Shown piece by piece: positions 24,701-38,800 of a stretch of 64,000 bases of DNA. This DNA is from Marsupella aquatica (taxonomy: Eukaryota; Plantae; Marchantiophyta), in assembly GCA_973895155.1 (NCBI GenBank), contig OZ316899.1, forward strand, positions 8,063,241-8,127,240, read 5' to 3'. The notes under the pieces were generated by a model. It saw nothing but the letters and a program-made list of their open reading frames with translations. It searched no databases and was not told the DNA's origin. The translations under genes and the position numbers were made by a program. Every line of letters starts with the position of its first letter. Within the stretch, counting starts at the first letter, position 1.

Positions 24701-25896
24701 CAACACCATCAAACATCCAGAATTTGATAGTCCCCATGCCAACAATCGCACATCGGACACCATTTCCAATTTCCACAGTACCGGTACAAGGTTGGTAAGT
24801 GGAGAAATACGATTGCGTTGGACACACGTGATAAGAGAAACCCGAATCCAACATCCATTTATTGTCATACATAGAATTCACAGCACTAATACATAACACT
24901 TCAACAGCATCCTCATTATCAGCAATCATGGGGGATCTCTCCGTGATAGCAAATAGCAAACAGCAAACAGTAAACAGCAAACTCATACCAGCAAATGTGC
25001 ACCCAAAAAAGGACACCAAATGATAAGACAATATAGTCACATATATTGGACCTGAAGCGGCCATTGAGTACATTTATACTAGCAATCACAATACCAGCTG
25101 ACGATGAGGATGCACCATTGGAAGCAGGATGCTTTTGCTTTGATAGAGAAGGACAATTCCACTTGGTGTGGCCCTTCTCATGGCAATGCCAACACTAAAC
25201 TTTCTTACTACGGGACTTAGATTTAGATCTATTGTGTGATTTAGACCTAGACTGATCCGTAGTACGCTCCATCGATCTGCCTCTAACCACTAAGGCAGCA
25301 GACTCATTATCACGGCCAAAATGTTGTCGCTTGCCCCATTTTGCAAGAACGGTAGCCTGCACCTCATCCAACTTCAACTTAGAATTGTCATGTGTGATGA
25401 CCATCACCAACGTTGAATAGCTCTGAGGAAGCGACATCAACAAATGCATCGCAAGATACTCATCGGTCAACTTGTCTCCTACCGTGACCACCTCGTGCAC
25501 AATCTCATCGAAGAGACTGAGGTGATCACGCAAGTTGCCACCATCCTTCAACTTCAACCTTAACAGCCGCTCCAAGTGATAAATGCGAGTAGTCAATGAA
25601 GTACTCTGGTAGAGTTGAATAAGCATATCCCAGATCTTCTTGACATTACGATCCACTCCCGACACGTTCTTGAGAATGTTGTTTGCCAAGAACAACTCAA
25701 TTGTGCTACACGCTTGCACCGACATGTCCTCCCACTCCTCATCTGTTAGATTCAAGGGTTTCACTCCAGTGAGGGTCTTCTCAAGACCCTGCTGGATCAA
25801 CACATTGGTCACCTTTCAAGTCTAGAGACTGAAGCTGACCTTCCCGTCAAACTTCTCCACCTCAAACTTTGGCGCTGCAAGCTTTCTTGAAGTCAT
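21719..25896 (-). pseudogene. Copia gag-pol polyprotein, disrupted
   Basis: KFEVEKFDG, WMLDSG, HSDVWGP, TPQQNGVAER, YKARL, SLYGLKQSPRQW and YVDD. Contains several stops, frameshifts and a 152-bp insertion. Confidence 0.95.
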
Positions 25897-27434
25897 TGAT
25901 GCTGCCACAAACACACAGGAAATACACAACCAAAATATTTCCACCCAAAAATTCACCAAAAAATGAAAGTTGGTGAAATTGGAAATAGAATGCACCGCTG
26001 CATAGCCTGCAAGGTACATTGCCCAGATCTGAAAATGATTCGGCAAAAAACTTGTTCAGCAAAAACTTATTCAACCCGGACCAAAGGGGGGTCAAAATGG
26101 CCATTTTGACCCCCGTCGGGTATCTTACGTCCCGAAAAAATTCCGCAATAGTTAATTGCAAATTGATTTCATAGGCCTGTGCTCAACTCCCTTGAGCATC
26201 CCCTTGCAAAGTCTTACAAAAAAATTCTTCCTTGACGGCTGCCGAAATTGGAATTTTTGGCCGAAAAATAGCTCTCTAGAAAAGTATCTTTTGGAGGGAA
26301 TAAAAATACAGTCGAATTCTGCAGCAGAAGGAACATGGAACTGACACCTGTCCAATCCCAGAAAGAAAAGAAGAACAGCGAAAGAAAGCCCCTTGTATTT
26401 AAACAAGTGACAAAAGAACCAAGGGCGACAAATCGCCCCTCCAGGCCTTCGAATTCTTTTGCAAAAATATGCCCCCTTGTGCATAGGGCAGCATGCCGGC
26501 CCTCAACTCGGATCTTGAACGAGGTGCAATCTAATTAAAAAACCAAAATACTTGGCTCTCCTCAATGCCTCAAGCCTTAGTAAAAGGCTCCCAAAGGAAA
26601 GGAATCATTTTAACTCCCCCATGCCTCCACTCCACTACGTAGTTGTTGTATCGGGCCTATTTAATGCCTCATCGTACCTTCCAAAGCCCTTAAATGCCCC
26701 TCACCATAGTGCCCAAAAGGATGTGAGCACATACACTCTTTCCCTCTCCTTTAATGCAGTCAAGTACAAGGTACCAGACATTTACTTTATGCTCCTTTAA
26801 AGACTAGTGTACCACATTGTACCTTGTGCTCCACCAGGCCTCGTACCTGCTTGCCTGTACTATGCTAGTACAGTCCTCCACAAGCCAGGTACAAGCGTAC
26901 CAACTTCTTCAAAGCTCGATCCTCCTTTAGTCCTTTGTATTCCGAGCCCTCCTGCCTCACTCGCGTGCATAGGGCAACGTGCCAGGGCAAGAAAAAAATT
27001 GCAACACCGGTCCCTCAACGCACGACCTTTTTACAAAGAAAACAACTTTTTTGGCCCCACACAATATTAAGTCGAAACATATACAAGCCATAACCTAGAG
27101 CATCAAGCTCTAAACAACAACCTCAATCTACAAGATTACTCGGCACACCAATGATGAAAAGCAGTGAAACCTTCACCAAAATGTAGTGCCCACTGACGCG
27201 CATAAGAGATCGCTAGACTGTCCTCTTGATAGTACTTCAAAGAACAGAGACACATCCGACACTCCAAGCTGAAGTTTCAATCGGGAAACCGTCACCGTAT
27301 TCAAGCACGAAACCTTCAATGCGAAACGACCAGTGGAACAATCACGCAATCATTGACGACGATTCAATCTTCCACCACGATCCAACACAGCAAACGCTCT
27401 CACCACTGCCCAGGCCACCAAACCACAAACACGA

Positions 27435-27447
27435 GGCTTTGATACCA
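27435..27447 (-). promoter_or_regulatory. Copia PBS (initiator tRNA-Met)
   Basis: TGGTATCAAAGCC, 2 nt after the 5' LTR. Confidence 0.9.
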
Positions 27448-27449
27448 CT

Positions 27450-27742
27450 TGTAAGAAACCGTCGGCTCCGGACTAGACAGCAATGCGGAAACATGAGAGA
27501 GACTCACTCAAACGCTACACCGACGAGACACCCTGAGTGGAGAAACTCCTGAAGGCTCCATAGCAAATGAGAGTACATGTGAAGAATGAGGGAGAGAGTG
27601 CTCTCCCTCCAGCCTATACCCCCCAAGGGGGCCAAGATGAGTGGGCCTAAACTAAGCGGATCTTATCCTAATGTAATCTAGGGTTAACTAACCCTAGTAA
27701 GTCCAAGCTAACTAAGTTGGGAACTGGAGTCAATTCCTAACA
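27450..27742 (-). repeat. Copia 5' LTR
   Basis: Direct repeat of 21359-21651. Confidence 0.95.
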
Positions 27743-28247
27743 GTATGGTATCTGCGGCTATCCATGTCGAAGTATGTTTGTTTGTGTAGCCTATAACCAC
27801 TGCCTGATAAGGAAACGGTTTTCTTCTATTCTCACGCCAGCTAGTTGCTATACACCTCTAGTCATTAATGTGAAAATTTTCTGATAGATCTTCCTTAGAT
27901 AGTGTAACAGACTGAATTTACGTATTTATGTGAATCGGAGTGTTTAAACCTGATGTCGATTCATTCACGTACTTCACCGTTTCCACGTGTTTCCCGTTTG
28001 GTTCTTTTCCCATTAATCGTTGTGTGTCTTTGTAGGATCGTGACTCTCCTATAGCTCGTGCAATCGTACTTTTCTCTTTCTTTCCATGTGATAATTTTTC
28101 TTTTGTGTATCCATCCTTTATGCATTGATTAGTAATAGTGACACAAGCTACCACTCAATTGCTTAACTCGTCCTTCCGTGTGCCCTGTCATTTTGTGATT
28201 GAACATCCCATTTTTTTCAGTCCAATCTGTAGAGTTAGTTGTAACGA

Positions 28248-31200
28248 TTAATGTTTGCACAATTTCTTTGCTATCTTCTTCATCGTAGCGTTGACGATAT
28301 TCTCTACTTCCCTTAAGTACACATCATTTTGAACGTGATAGGATTTCAGTTTGTTTTCATTAACCAATTGTCGTTCGCTTCCGTCTTGACTAGCAATATC
28401 AAAAGTCCCATTACCCCATACCTTATGTACAATAAATGGTCCTTCCCATTTGAGTTTTAATTTTCCTTTTTTTATACGAGCTCTTTTCTTGCACCACAAC
28501 ACCAATTCTCCTTCAGAGAATACTGTAATATCCCTTTGATCATCTATTCTTCTTTTACGTTGCCCTTGTACATGCTCCAAATGTTCTTTTGCGTTCTTTC
28601 TCTTCTCTGTAAGTTCCATCAACTCCCTTAGTCGCTGTGTTAAACTTAGGTTTTTGTTGATATCATAATTTGTAGCCACTTGTAGACTTGGTAATTCATA
28701 TTCTGATGGCATTCGAGCCTCTACTCCAAACATAAGTTGAAATGGAGTGTGTCCTGTGGTTACTTTATATGCCGTACGAAATGCCCATACAGCGACAGGA
28801 AGTTGTACATCCCAATCGTTCTGCTGCTCGTTAATCACTTTCCTTAAAACATTGAGTAGAACTTTGTTTGTGGATTCCGCCTGGCCGTCGCATTGTGGAT
28901 GATAAGGAGTTGAAAATCGATGATTTATATGATAATTTTCAGTCAACTCCTGAATAGTGTTATTCAGGAAATGTGTCCCCTGATCGCTTATTAACTCCCC
29001 TGGTAATCCATATCTTGTAATAATATTTTGGTATAAAAACTTTGCAGTTACCTTAGCTGTGTTCACACAAGTTGCTATTGCTTCCACCCATTTAGTGTTG
29101 TATTCCGTTGCTGCTAAAATGTAATGATTCTGACTGAACCTCGAAGGTGGTGTTATTGGTCGAATAAAATCCAATCCCATTTTTGGAAAATATAAGGGGC
29201 AATAATTGGCCTAAACTCCATACTTTCTTTGATTGGCCCTGTACGTTGACACAAATCACAAGTTTTAACGAATTCTCGGGTATCCTTGTGCATTGTTCTC
29301 CACCGTCATCCTTGTTGCAATATTTTCCTCAAGGTGATTTATGCACCAAAATGACCTCCTCCTAAACCTTTGTGAGCTGATACAAGTGCTTCTTGCTTCT
29401 CATCATCAGGTACCACTCTTCTAAGTATGTCATCTGATCCTTTGTAATAAAGCATATGATTAATTAAAGTGTAAGGCTTGGCCTTATATGCATATATTTC
29501 TCTTTCCTTACTGGATAATCCTTCCAAAAACTCAGCTGTTCGTAAATATCTTTCCAAATTGGTTTCATCATCCAGAGTAACCAATTTTACCGGGTATTCT
29601 CCTTTTTCCTCTTGGAATAACCCCATGTCAGGTAGTTGATCATCTACCACTGTTGATGCTTCCCCTGATTCTAGCCTACTCAAATAGTCTGGTATAACAT
29701 GTGTTCTTCCTGGTTTGTAAATAATAGTGTAATCAAACTCTGCTAACAAAAGAATCCATCTGGCTATCCTCCCTGATAGTTGAGGTTTGTTCACTAACTT
29801 AACTAGCGCGATGTGGTCCACAAAGAATACAAAACGGTTACCTAAGAAGTAGTGCCTGAATTTCTTCACAGCAAAAATCATGGCCAATGCTTCTCTTTCA
29901 ATGGTGGTATAATTCTTTTCATGCACGTTTAGTAACCTACTTGCATAATAGACGGGTAAATCTATACCATGTTCTCCTGTTTGCGCCAATATCGCTCTAA
30001 CTGCTACCAATGATGCGCCGGTGTGCAAATGAAACTCCTTCTTCCAATCCAGCTCTTTGAGTATTGGCGTGTAACACAGTCGCTCCTTGATTTCTTCAAA
30101 AGCCTTCTGACAGTTGTTATCCCAGTTGAAAGTTTGATGGTTACCCGTTAATCGCGCTAAAGGAGCGCTGATTTGCGAGTAACCTTTAATGTAACGTTGA
30201 TAAAAACCTCCACTTCCCAAAAACCTTCTTACTTGTGTTGCGCTTGTGGGTATTGGCATGTCTTTTATAATTTTAATTTTGTCAGGATCTACTAATAGAC
30301 CCTGTTTGCAAACAATATGACCCAATATTTTCCCTGATGGTACAAAGAATGTGCATTTGTCTGGGTTTAAACTGACCCATCCTTCTCTGCATCTTAAAAG
30401 ACATAATCTTAAGTGGTTTATGTGTTGTTCTTCCTCTCCATAGATTGTAAAATCATCAAGAAAAATTTGCATGAATTGACTTAAGTATTCATGGATAACA
30501 TCATGATCATAAGCCTCTGAAATGTGCTGGGCCCATTACATAATCCAAAGGGTAACACCAGGCATTGGAACGCACCCCATTCCGTGATAAATGTTGTTAG
30601 TTCTCTAGCCTCCAAAGCTAATCGTACCTGACTATACCCACTGTAACCATCCAGAAATGAGTATGCAGATTTACCCGCTACGACGTCTAATACTGCTTCA
30701 AGAAAAGGTACAGGAAATGGATCTTTAATAGTTGCTGCATTTAGCTTGCAGAAATCAATGCATACCCTGAGTTTCCCATTTTTCTTTGGTACCACTACTA
30801 TGGGTGATAACCATGTGTACAATTAACGGGTTTGATAAATTTTGCATCCAGTAGTCTTTGTATTTCCTCTTTGACCTTCTCAGCATAATTCGGATTCATT
30901 CGATACCATTGAGTCTATACTGGTATAGATCCGGGTATTAATCTTATCCAATGCACCCCAATTGTCTCCGGTATACCCTTTAACTCTGTATAATCCCAAG
31001 CAAAAACGTCCCTCAATTCCTTGAGTAAAGTAATAAGTTGTTGTTTGATATCCTGAGTTAATTGCTTCCCGATTTTAACCTGGCAAGGTTTATCATCGTC
31101 ACCTAAATTAATTCTTTGAGTATGTTCATCTTCTGTGGCACTCCAACTAATTACTTTTTCTGGAATGTTCTTCAAGGTTGCGGAAGCTTCTTCTTCTACC

Positions 31201-31830
31201 AGAGAGCAATCTTGAATACCTTGCGGATCACTTCTCAAATCATGGTCCATTTTCTCTCTGGTCATTGCTTGTATGTCGTCCAACTTAACTACTTCTACTT
31301 CACTAATCGGTATCAAGTCAGGACGACATTTCATATAAGTTTCTTGTTCTTCCTCATTCAATCCTTCGGCCCAGTTGAGTGTACATACCCTAGCCATGGG
31401 TGGTGTACTATCATCGATGGCTTTGGTACGAATCTTGAATATTTCTCCGCGATGTTCGATCTTAATATAATCTTTATCTTCACCCCAGTGTTGCTTAACT
31501 TTGGCCTGTCTTAACCATGGCCGGCCCAACAGCATTGGTTGCCCCATGGTTGAATTTGCATCTCTCAGTACTACTACGCCTAGATTATACTTAATGCCTG
31601 AGATTAACATGGGCAAGTCCTGCACATAGCCTAGTGGATGACAGCTGCTCTGATCAGCCATTACTAGATTAAAAGGTGTCGGTAACAATTTCACTTTTCC
31701 CAACATTCTATATGTCTGTTCACTCATAAGATTTACTGCAGATCCCTCGTCCAATAGGACATTCTTTAATTTAATTCCTTTAACACTTATTTGTACTATT
31801 GCACCTTTATCAATTAAAGAAATTTTTCTT
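28248..31830 (-). pseudogene. Gypsy D pol: protease, RT, RNase H, integrase
   Basis: LDEGSAVNLM, LGRPWL, SPIVVVPKKNGKLRVCIDF, FLDDF, YYASR, GLDF, SDQGTHF, YHPQCDGQAE and WEGPF. Stops and frameshifts present. Confidence 0.93.
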
Positions 31831-32398
31831 GCTTGCTTGATATAAAGGTACTCACGGTAATGTTGTAGGAGTGGTTTTCCCTTCCAACTTCCTTAACATT
31901 GCTTCCACTAGTAGAAATACCCCCTATTTTTGACCATAAAATACGACTGACTATGACTAAAACCGGTCATGTATGACTGAAAATCACTGACGTCGTTCTT
32001 GCAACTAGTAGTCGTAAAAGTGGTGACTTGGATTGACTTAGTCATATTATTCACTAGTGTCATTAGTCATTTTAGTGACTAGTCAAGTATTTGGAACCAT
32101 ACATCAGTCAAATATAAGTGTTTAGAATGACTTAGTTCGAGTCATATGGGGTTTTCTGTGAGTGATTGATAACACTCAATTGACTGCACTAGTTTCCGTA
32201 GACAATGATGTCATTCATAGTCGAGACTGAGTCATTAATGTCACAAAAGCACCAATCCAACTAACAATGGCATGATAATAACTCAAAATATGAGCAATCC
32301 ATCAAAAAATAGAGTATTACCCAACATCATGTACTCCAAATTGTGGTCATATATTGAAACAATCCTTCACATTTTGAGTCTCAAATTGTACTTGGTAC

Positions 32399-35210
32399 CT
32401 AACACTCTACAAATTTCTCAGGCCACATCACAAATGATTCCACAGCATCCACAAGATGGATGTGTGGCGGATCATCTCCCTTGTTTGGAAAGGGTAGAAG
32501 ATATTTGGGCTTACTGACAGTAGTCAACAACAGCACAACATGATCAGCAAGTACCTTCTTTCCATGGAAAGTACTTGCTTCAATTTGAAGTATGCCTTGC
32601 CCAACACAAACACCAGAATTATCAGTTGCCATTAGCCTAGAAGACTGTGCTACAATGCTCACTGCTGTCCCTTTTGGAGAAGTGTTATTCCTCTTCTTCT
32701 TTGGTGCCTTGTAAGGCAAAGTCTCATTCCCACTGTTTCTGGTCCTCATCTTTCCCATGTTCATCAGTGGTGGGGATTGAGAAAACTCATCTCCAATACC
32801 TGGGGGAGGCTGAGAGTCTATGAAAATCACATCATTGTCATCACTCTGCTTCTCCTGTGAATCTGAAAATTTGGTAGCCTCTAAGTTTCGTCTCCTCTTC
32901 CTGCCTGCTGGATTTGGTATGCGCACCTCCTCCTGTGCTGGCTCTGTACCTCAATAGCAACCACAAATTCCTTCATTTACAACTAAGCATATAGGCACTG
33001 AAGCTGTCAACAAACCATCAAGTTTGCACTAATTGAACGTACATGGCATAGATACTCAACCACATTAATAGGCCAGACAGAGTCTTCAAACCAACATTTA
33101 CTTACTCTCAATGACAGTTGTACCAGGTTCGATGATCTTTGGATCTGCTACAGTCACTGCAATCTGATCACCTGATGCACAATGTAACAAACCTTCAGGG
33201 TCTAGAACCTGAACCTGAACCATCCTGCATCCATGAACCTCAAATTCCTAGGTAAAGTCACACTACACTAAACATGATTTCAGATGACACGTACCACTCT
33301 TCTTTGTAGGCACAACTTCCACAATATTTGCAGGCTCTTCATATGGATGTGCAATTGGGTGCTCAACCCTGCCAGCAATGTGCATCACCCGCAACTCACG
33401 TAGTTCAGCTTGTACTTCCCTTAAGGTTGATCCTTGGCTTTGAAGAAGACTAGCTATGTCCTTGAATTGACTCTTGATCTCAGTCTCTACTGATGGCCAA
33501 GCATTCTCCACAGTCTTCAACCGGTCTGATATCTCTGTAAGGGTAGACACTGCTCCCTGCTATATATCACATACACCAACCAAACGGCTCTTCTCAGTAC
33601 TGTATAACAGATTGTCCATCAATAATGCTCCTAAATTACCTGTTTAGATCCAATGCTGCCTTCATCACACTTTACCCTTTTTATTTCTGCCACAACCTCC
33701 TCTTTTGTGGGTTTCTCTCCAGTAAGCTTTTTCTGGAGCACCTAAACATTGCAAGACACGTTCCTCAATGTCAATCTTGCCTAAACGTAGCATGCTGCTA
33801 CAACTATATACAATCCACCCAAATATTGAAATGTAAATAAAGATATGTATGGCATGGGAACCCAACCAATTTGGCTACTACTGGTGCATGTCCTTCCCTC
33901 CCTGTAAGCGTAGGATTCTTCACTGCATTTCTAGCAGCAATCATTTGTGCAGACTTCTCCTGTCCTGCCCTAGACAGGAATGTCCCTCTCAGTCGAGCCC
34001 ATTGTTCTACATGAACACTTGGGGGTGCTTCAGCATGTGGTTTACTGCCATCAGCAATCCATGCTTTGTGCAATCGATGCCTCTCTATTTTCATGATAGT
34101 TCGTCCATACTTTGCAAGACAATCAGCACTGACCCCTTTCCCATAATTCCCCAAATATTCCCACTTGTCTCGCATATATTTGCAAACCAGTTCCATGTCA
34201 GATGGATGTTGACAATTAAAGTTAGTACAGCTAATGTCCAACCACCGTAGACACTCCATTCGCAAGTCATTGTGCCATCTATTCTTTCCAGCACTCATCG
34301 TTGTGATCCGGCCTTCATCATCAACTTCAACAGTACCGAGCTTCACATTCTCACCTCTCCCAGTGCTCCCTGACGCACTACTTGGTGTTGAAAATCCAGG
34401 AGTTGCTCCCCCATGGCCTGAGCGGGGTGTGATAGGGTTATCTGAAAAGAGAAATGCAATTAACACCATTAATATCATATGGTCTCTGTGAACTACCTGA
34501 TTTCAATACTTTACTTAGAACTGCTGTAGAAAATACCTCCTCCCCTCTGCAGACTCTGTGTCGGTTGGACTGAAGGTGCTGGTGCTGGTGCTGGGTTCCC
34601 ACCATAACCTTGCCATCCTGTTGCCATTGGGAGAGGACCTCCCATGAATTTCCCCGATGGCCCCATTAACCCTCCTTCATACATATTTGTGGGCTGCATA
34701 CGGTCCCACATTGGGTCTGCCATTCACATCAGACCAGGCAAATTGTCATACTCGGACCCACATCTATTGAGGAAAACAATCAGCCAATTTGAGCTCAAAA
34801 TACACTTGTCCACATGAAACAAATTAAAATGTTCACACTTACTTGGCCAACTTGGACCTATATAGTTGGCAGAAGGGCCTACACCCATAGACCCGCCATA
34901 GTTATTGCCCCCCTGTCGTGCTTGCGACCAGTTATAGTTGGGGGCATTAAATTGCGGGTTGTTGCAATTGCTGTTGCTTGGGGCTTGGGCTGAGTATACA
35001 GAGGGCGTCGGTCAAGATCTCATAGAAGTTCCCCCAGTTGCCTTACTGCAAGCAGGCTTTGGTGGAGGGGTAGGATTTGGCATGTCATCATCCTCTAACA
35101 TGCTAGCACTTGCATTCGGATCTTGGTCAGGATCATATTCTGTATCACCAACATCAGGCATGCAATCCTCTACCTCATTCTTCTCAGGAGATTCAGCCAT
35201 TGAAATAGGG
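32399..35210 (-). pseudogene. CACTA TnpA/Ptta-like gene, multi-exon
   Basis: Exon-like ORFs 33804-34478 (PPSVHVEQWARL...KSAQMIAARNAVKNPTLTGREGH), 33263-33550 and 32399-32926. Exon boundaries not resolved. Confidence 0.65.
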
Positions 35211-35890
35211 GTCTTTGAAGTCAACCTCTCACTGCGTCGCCTAGGTCCATCAGGATTATAGAAGGTCTTCCGTCTACACTGACTCCGCTTTGACAGTGTT
35301 GGGATACTTTTGTTACTGCAACACCCACATGAAATTTGACATAGGTTATGTATGTAGTAGTCCATTACAGAACCTACACAATGAACAGACGCACACAACG
35401 AGATACACATACAGCTCATACTATGCACAGTCCCTTACATATCCAAAATAGCCTCTTGCACATCACCCAACAGGGCTGTGGCACATTGGCAAACCCATGC
35501 TCGGTGTTTCACAGCCTGCTTCTCATACTCACACATGCCATTTTTGTCTGGCATCCTACTCACCAAGTTATTGCGGTTGCACAAACAAGTCATCCATTTA
35601 TTGCTCATACTTGCTACTCATTGCACTTCAAAGAGTCACCTACTCACAACAAAACAAATCCAACTACTCATCATCTTCGTCCATGTCAGATTCAACCTCT
35701 CCCTCATAAGTCTGTCTCACTGTCAAGGGGATGTACTCCCTGGTCCCCTGGCCCCGATGTACAACGTCTACTGCCAGATGTTCAAAGGCTCCATGTGCAT
35801 CCAAACTGAACTCTATTTTAGTACCCTCCATCCTTCAAACTCTAGGTGAGCTATGGCAGACTACATGCCAACCACGAGACTCCTCCACAT

Positions 35891-38800
35891 CTAAAAAAAT
35901 ACTTGCTCAACTTGACTTGGGAACACAAAAGGCTCCATCCATTCTGCCAGTCTTTGGTTATAATTGACCATTAGAAAGCCATCCATGTCTCGTTTCATGG
36001 TCGCTCTTGGCCCATGCCAATCTGGCTTCACCCATGAACCTTTCATTAGGATGATTTGTTGTGATGTGTTCCCATAATTCAGTGCCCAGATGTCTGCCAA
36101 CTCCCCAACATATCCCATCTCCATCCAGCCCCTGTTTCTCTGAGCATCTATATGCTCAAACATAGATATTACCCCCAAATTATATGTCACTAAATGCTTG
36201 TCCTCATCATCATACACACGGTACTGATTCCCATATGCTTTCATCCGTTTATACCGCTGTACAATACGTCTGGGAGGCACAGACAAGAGGAGAACATCTC
36301 TATCCATGTTTGGATTCTGCCTGCTATGCTCTCGAATTGTTGTCCTGGTCCACTCAGGAAAAGTAGGGAATGCCTGGTGATTTAACCCTAATTGGGCGGC
36401 CTTCTGCACATTGTATTCCCTGCATGATGACAATGAGAACAATTTCTCAATACAATGTACATATCCTACCAAAATGGATATGAATAAAGAAGGAATGCAG
36501 GGAGGGTGCGGAAACATGAGTACTCACTGCCACCAAGGTTGCATCATGACTGTATTGTGTAAGACATATAAGTGTGATGCATCACAAACTTCTGCAGACA
36601 ATTGCAAGGAAGTAAAAGCGCCTTGAAGAACCTCTCCAGCCACCCCCTCTTCTTCCTCAGCATCCCACACCCTGCTCCTAACACTGTCTACACCAGCCAT
36701 GTACTCTGTAAGGAACCCCAAGGTCTCTTCTTGAATGTAACCGAGAGCCATGCTTGCTTCAGGCCTGTAATAAGTATGTACATGGCCTTTTAGCAACTTC
36801 ATGTACCGTTCCATTGGATACATCCACCTTGTACTCACTGGGCCGTAGTGGCCCAGATCTTCAACCGCATGGATGATCAAATGAGTCATGACATCAAAAA
36901 ATGCTGGCGGGAAATAAATCTCCAAGTCACAAAGCACACGCATAGTATCTGCCTTTAATTGAGGAAATGTTGTAGGGTCCCACACCTTCACACAAATACG
37001 ACGAAAGATCTGACACAGTCTCAAAATGACATTGCGAACTGGTTTTTGCATCAATCCCCTCAGACATACTGGTAGAATGTCTTGCATCATAACATGGAAG
37101 TCATGAGTTTTCATGCTTCCTAACTTCTTCTTCCTTATATGCTTTGCAAAGGCTCCAGCGTACCCAGAGGGTACTCTGAACGAACTCAGCCTAGACAAAA
37201 CTGTGTTCCACTCATTTTGGGTGCAAACATATGGAGCTTAGTACTTGAAAACCACACCCGACCTATTCTGGGATTCTTGCAGCCAAAGTTGAGGACGAAT
37301 GCCCTTCTCCTGAAGGTCCTTTCGTACTGCTGCAGTATCATTGTCCCCCGACAAAAACTTCAAAAGACTTTTGCATACATTCTTCTCAATGTGCATTACA
37401 TCAATGTTATGTTTGCTTGGCTCAAAATCCTGCACCCATGAAGTACGCATGATTGCCACAATTAGGTTCAGACACAAGAACTAAAAACTGTTGTGCATAG
37501 GATCTGAAGAGGTTCATTGAGTACAAGTGAATATGCAAATGTTACCTTCCAATAATCCAATGATGTGTCCATGATTGTCTGCCTTTTGATGCCATGAGTC
37601 TTTGCTAGGTCGTCTGGCACGTCTCTACAAGCACCATATTCATCATAAGACACCTTGTTCAGTCCCCACTGCAGAAGTTGGTCTCTACTAACCAACACAG
37701 GAGACTCTCGAAGCTCCCTCTGGTTGTTGAAGCGGGCTATGTGGGATTGCCTGTGCCTGAAAGGGTGGTCGGCAGGAAGATATCGCCTGTGGCCCTGGAA
37801 TTTGATACTGCCCAAGGAAACGGACCGTTCAGATGTAACATCTGGGCCACATCGTGTGCAACCCAGATATCCCTTCCCTACCTGCCCAGATATCATGCTA
37901 TGTCCAGGGTAGTTTGCTATTGAATTAACACACATCGCACGTAGGTTGAATGTCCTTGGTCTACCAGGTCCACAAAGTGCATCAACTGTCATAACTCCAT
38001 GTGTCCATAGAGTAACCCATTCCTCCGCCGCAAGGGCCAACCAAACATCTATGTTTGCACTTATAGCAGAGTTTGGGCCGGGAATCATAAGACACAAGAT
38101 CACAAAAAAACGCTTGGTGGATATCCAAGGCGGGAGATTATAATTTATCAAAGTCACTGGCCAGCAAGAATACACGTTGTTCTTGTCTCCAAAAGGATTA
38201 GCACCGTCAAGGCTTAGACCAAACCTCACATTTCTGCTCTCTGCTGCAAAGTCCAACCACTTCTCATCTATGTACTTCCAGTGGTTGGAATCTCCAACGT
38301 GACGTTGCAACCATCTGTACTCTTCTGATCAGAGATCCAAGTCATCATCTTAGAAATGGATGGACACCTACAGAGGCGCTGCAATCTTGGAATGAGAGGG
38401 AAATGCCGTAGGACCTTAGCAGGTTGAGTTGACTTCCCCACGTTCTTATATCTGTGCTTTCCGCAGATAGGGCAGGATAGGCAATCAGCATATTCTTTTT
38501 TGAAAAGTACATGGCCATCTGGGCATGCATGGATGGACACATCATTCAAACCAAGTTTGCTCATCACCTTCTTTGCCTCATACATGTTCTTAGGAGCAAT
38601 GTTTCCAGCGGGTAGTACTGTCCTCTGTAGGAACATCAACAACTCTGTTACACGTATGTTGGGCACACGGTGACATCCACATATATTGAGGAACATCACT
38701 ATGAACCCTAGTTTGGAGCAATTTGCACCACCATACAATGGGGACGTAGCTTCCTCCAAGTAGGCCCCAGTTCCCAAGAATTGACCATCATCTCCAGCTC

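Larger units (their letters stand above)
21359..27742 (-). mobile_element. Full-length Ty1/Copia retrotransposon (6384 bp)
   Basis: Two 293-bp LTRs, TSD GTATG (21354-21358, 27743-27747), PBS, PPT and gag-PR-INT-RT-RH domain order. Confidence 0.97.
15201..31905 (-). mobile_element. Ty3/Gypsy element D (pol plus 3' accessory ORF), interrupted by Copia and solo LTR-C
   Basis: pol at 28248-31830. Its 3' region is contiguous across the TSD-flanked insertions down to 15201. Bounded by the CACTA end on the right and the LINE tail on the left. Confidence 0.75.

Noticed and set aside
24929-25080. Regulated intron for Copia gag splicing
   Set aside because: The exact 8-bp flanking duplication and clean frame restoration fit an insertion better, and the ends are not GT-AG.
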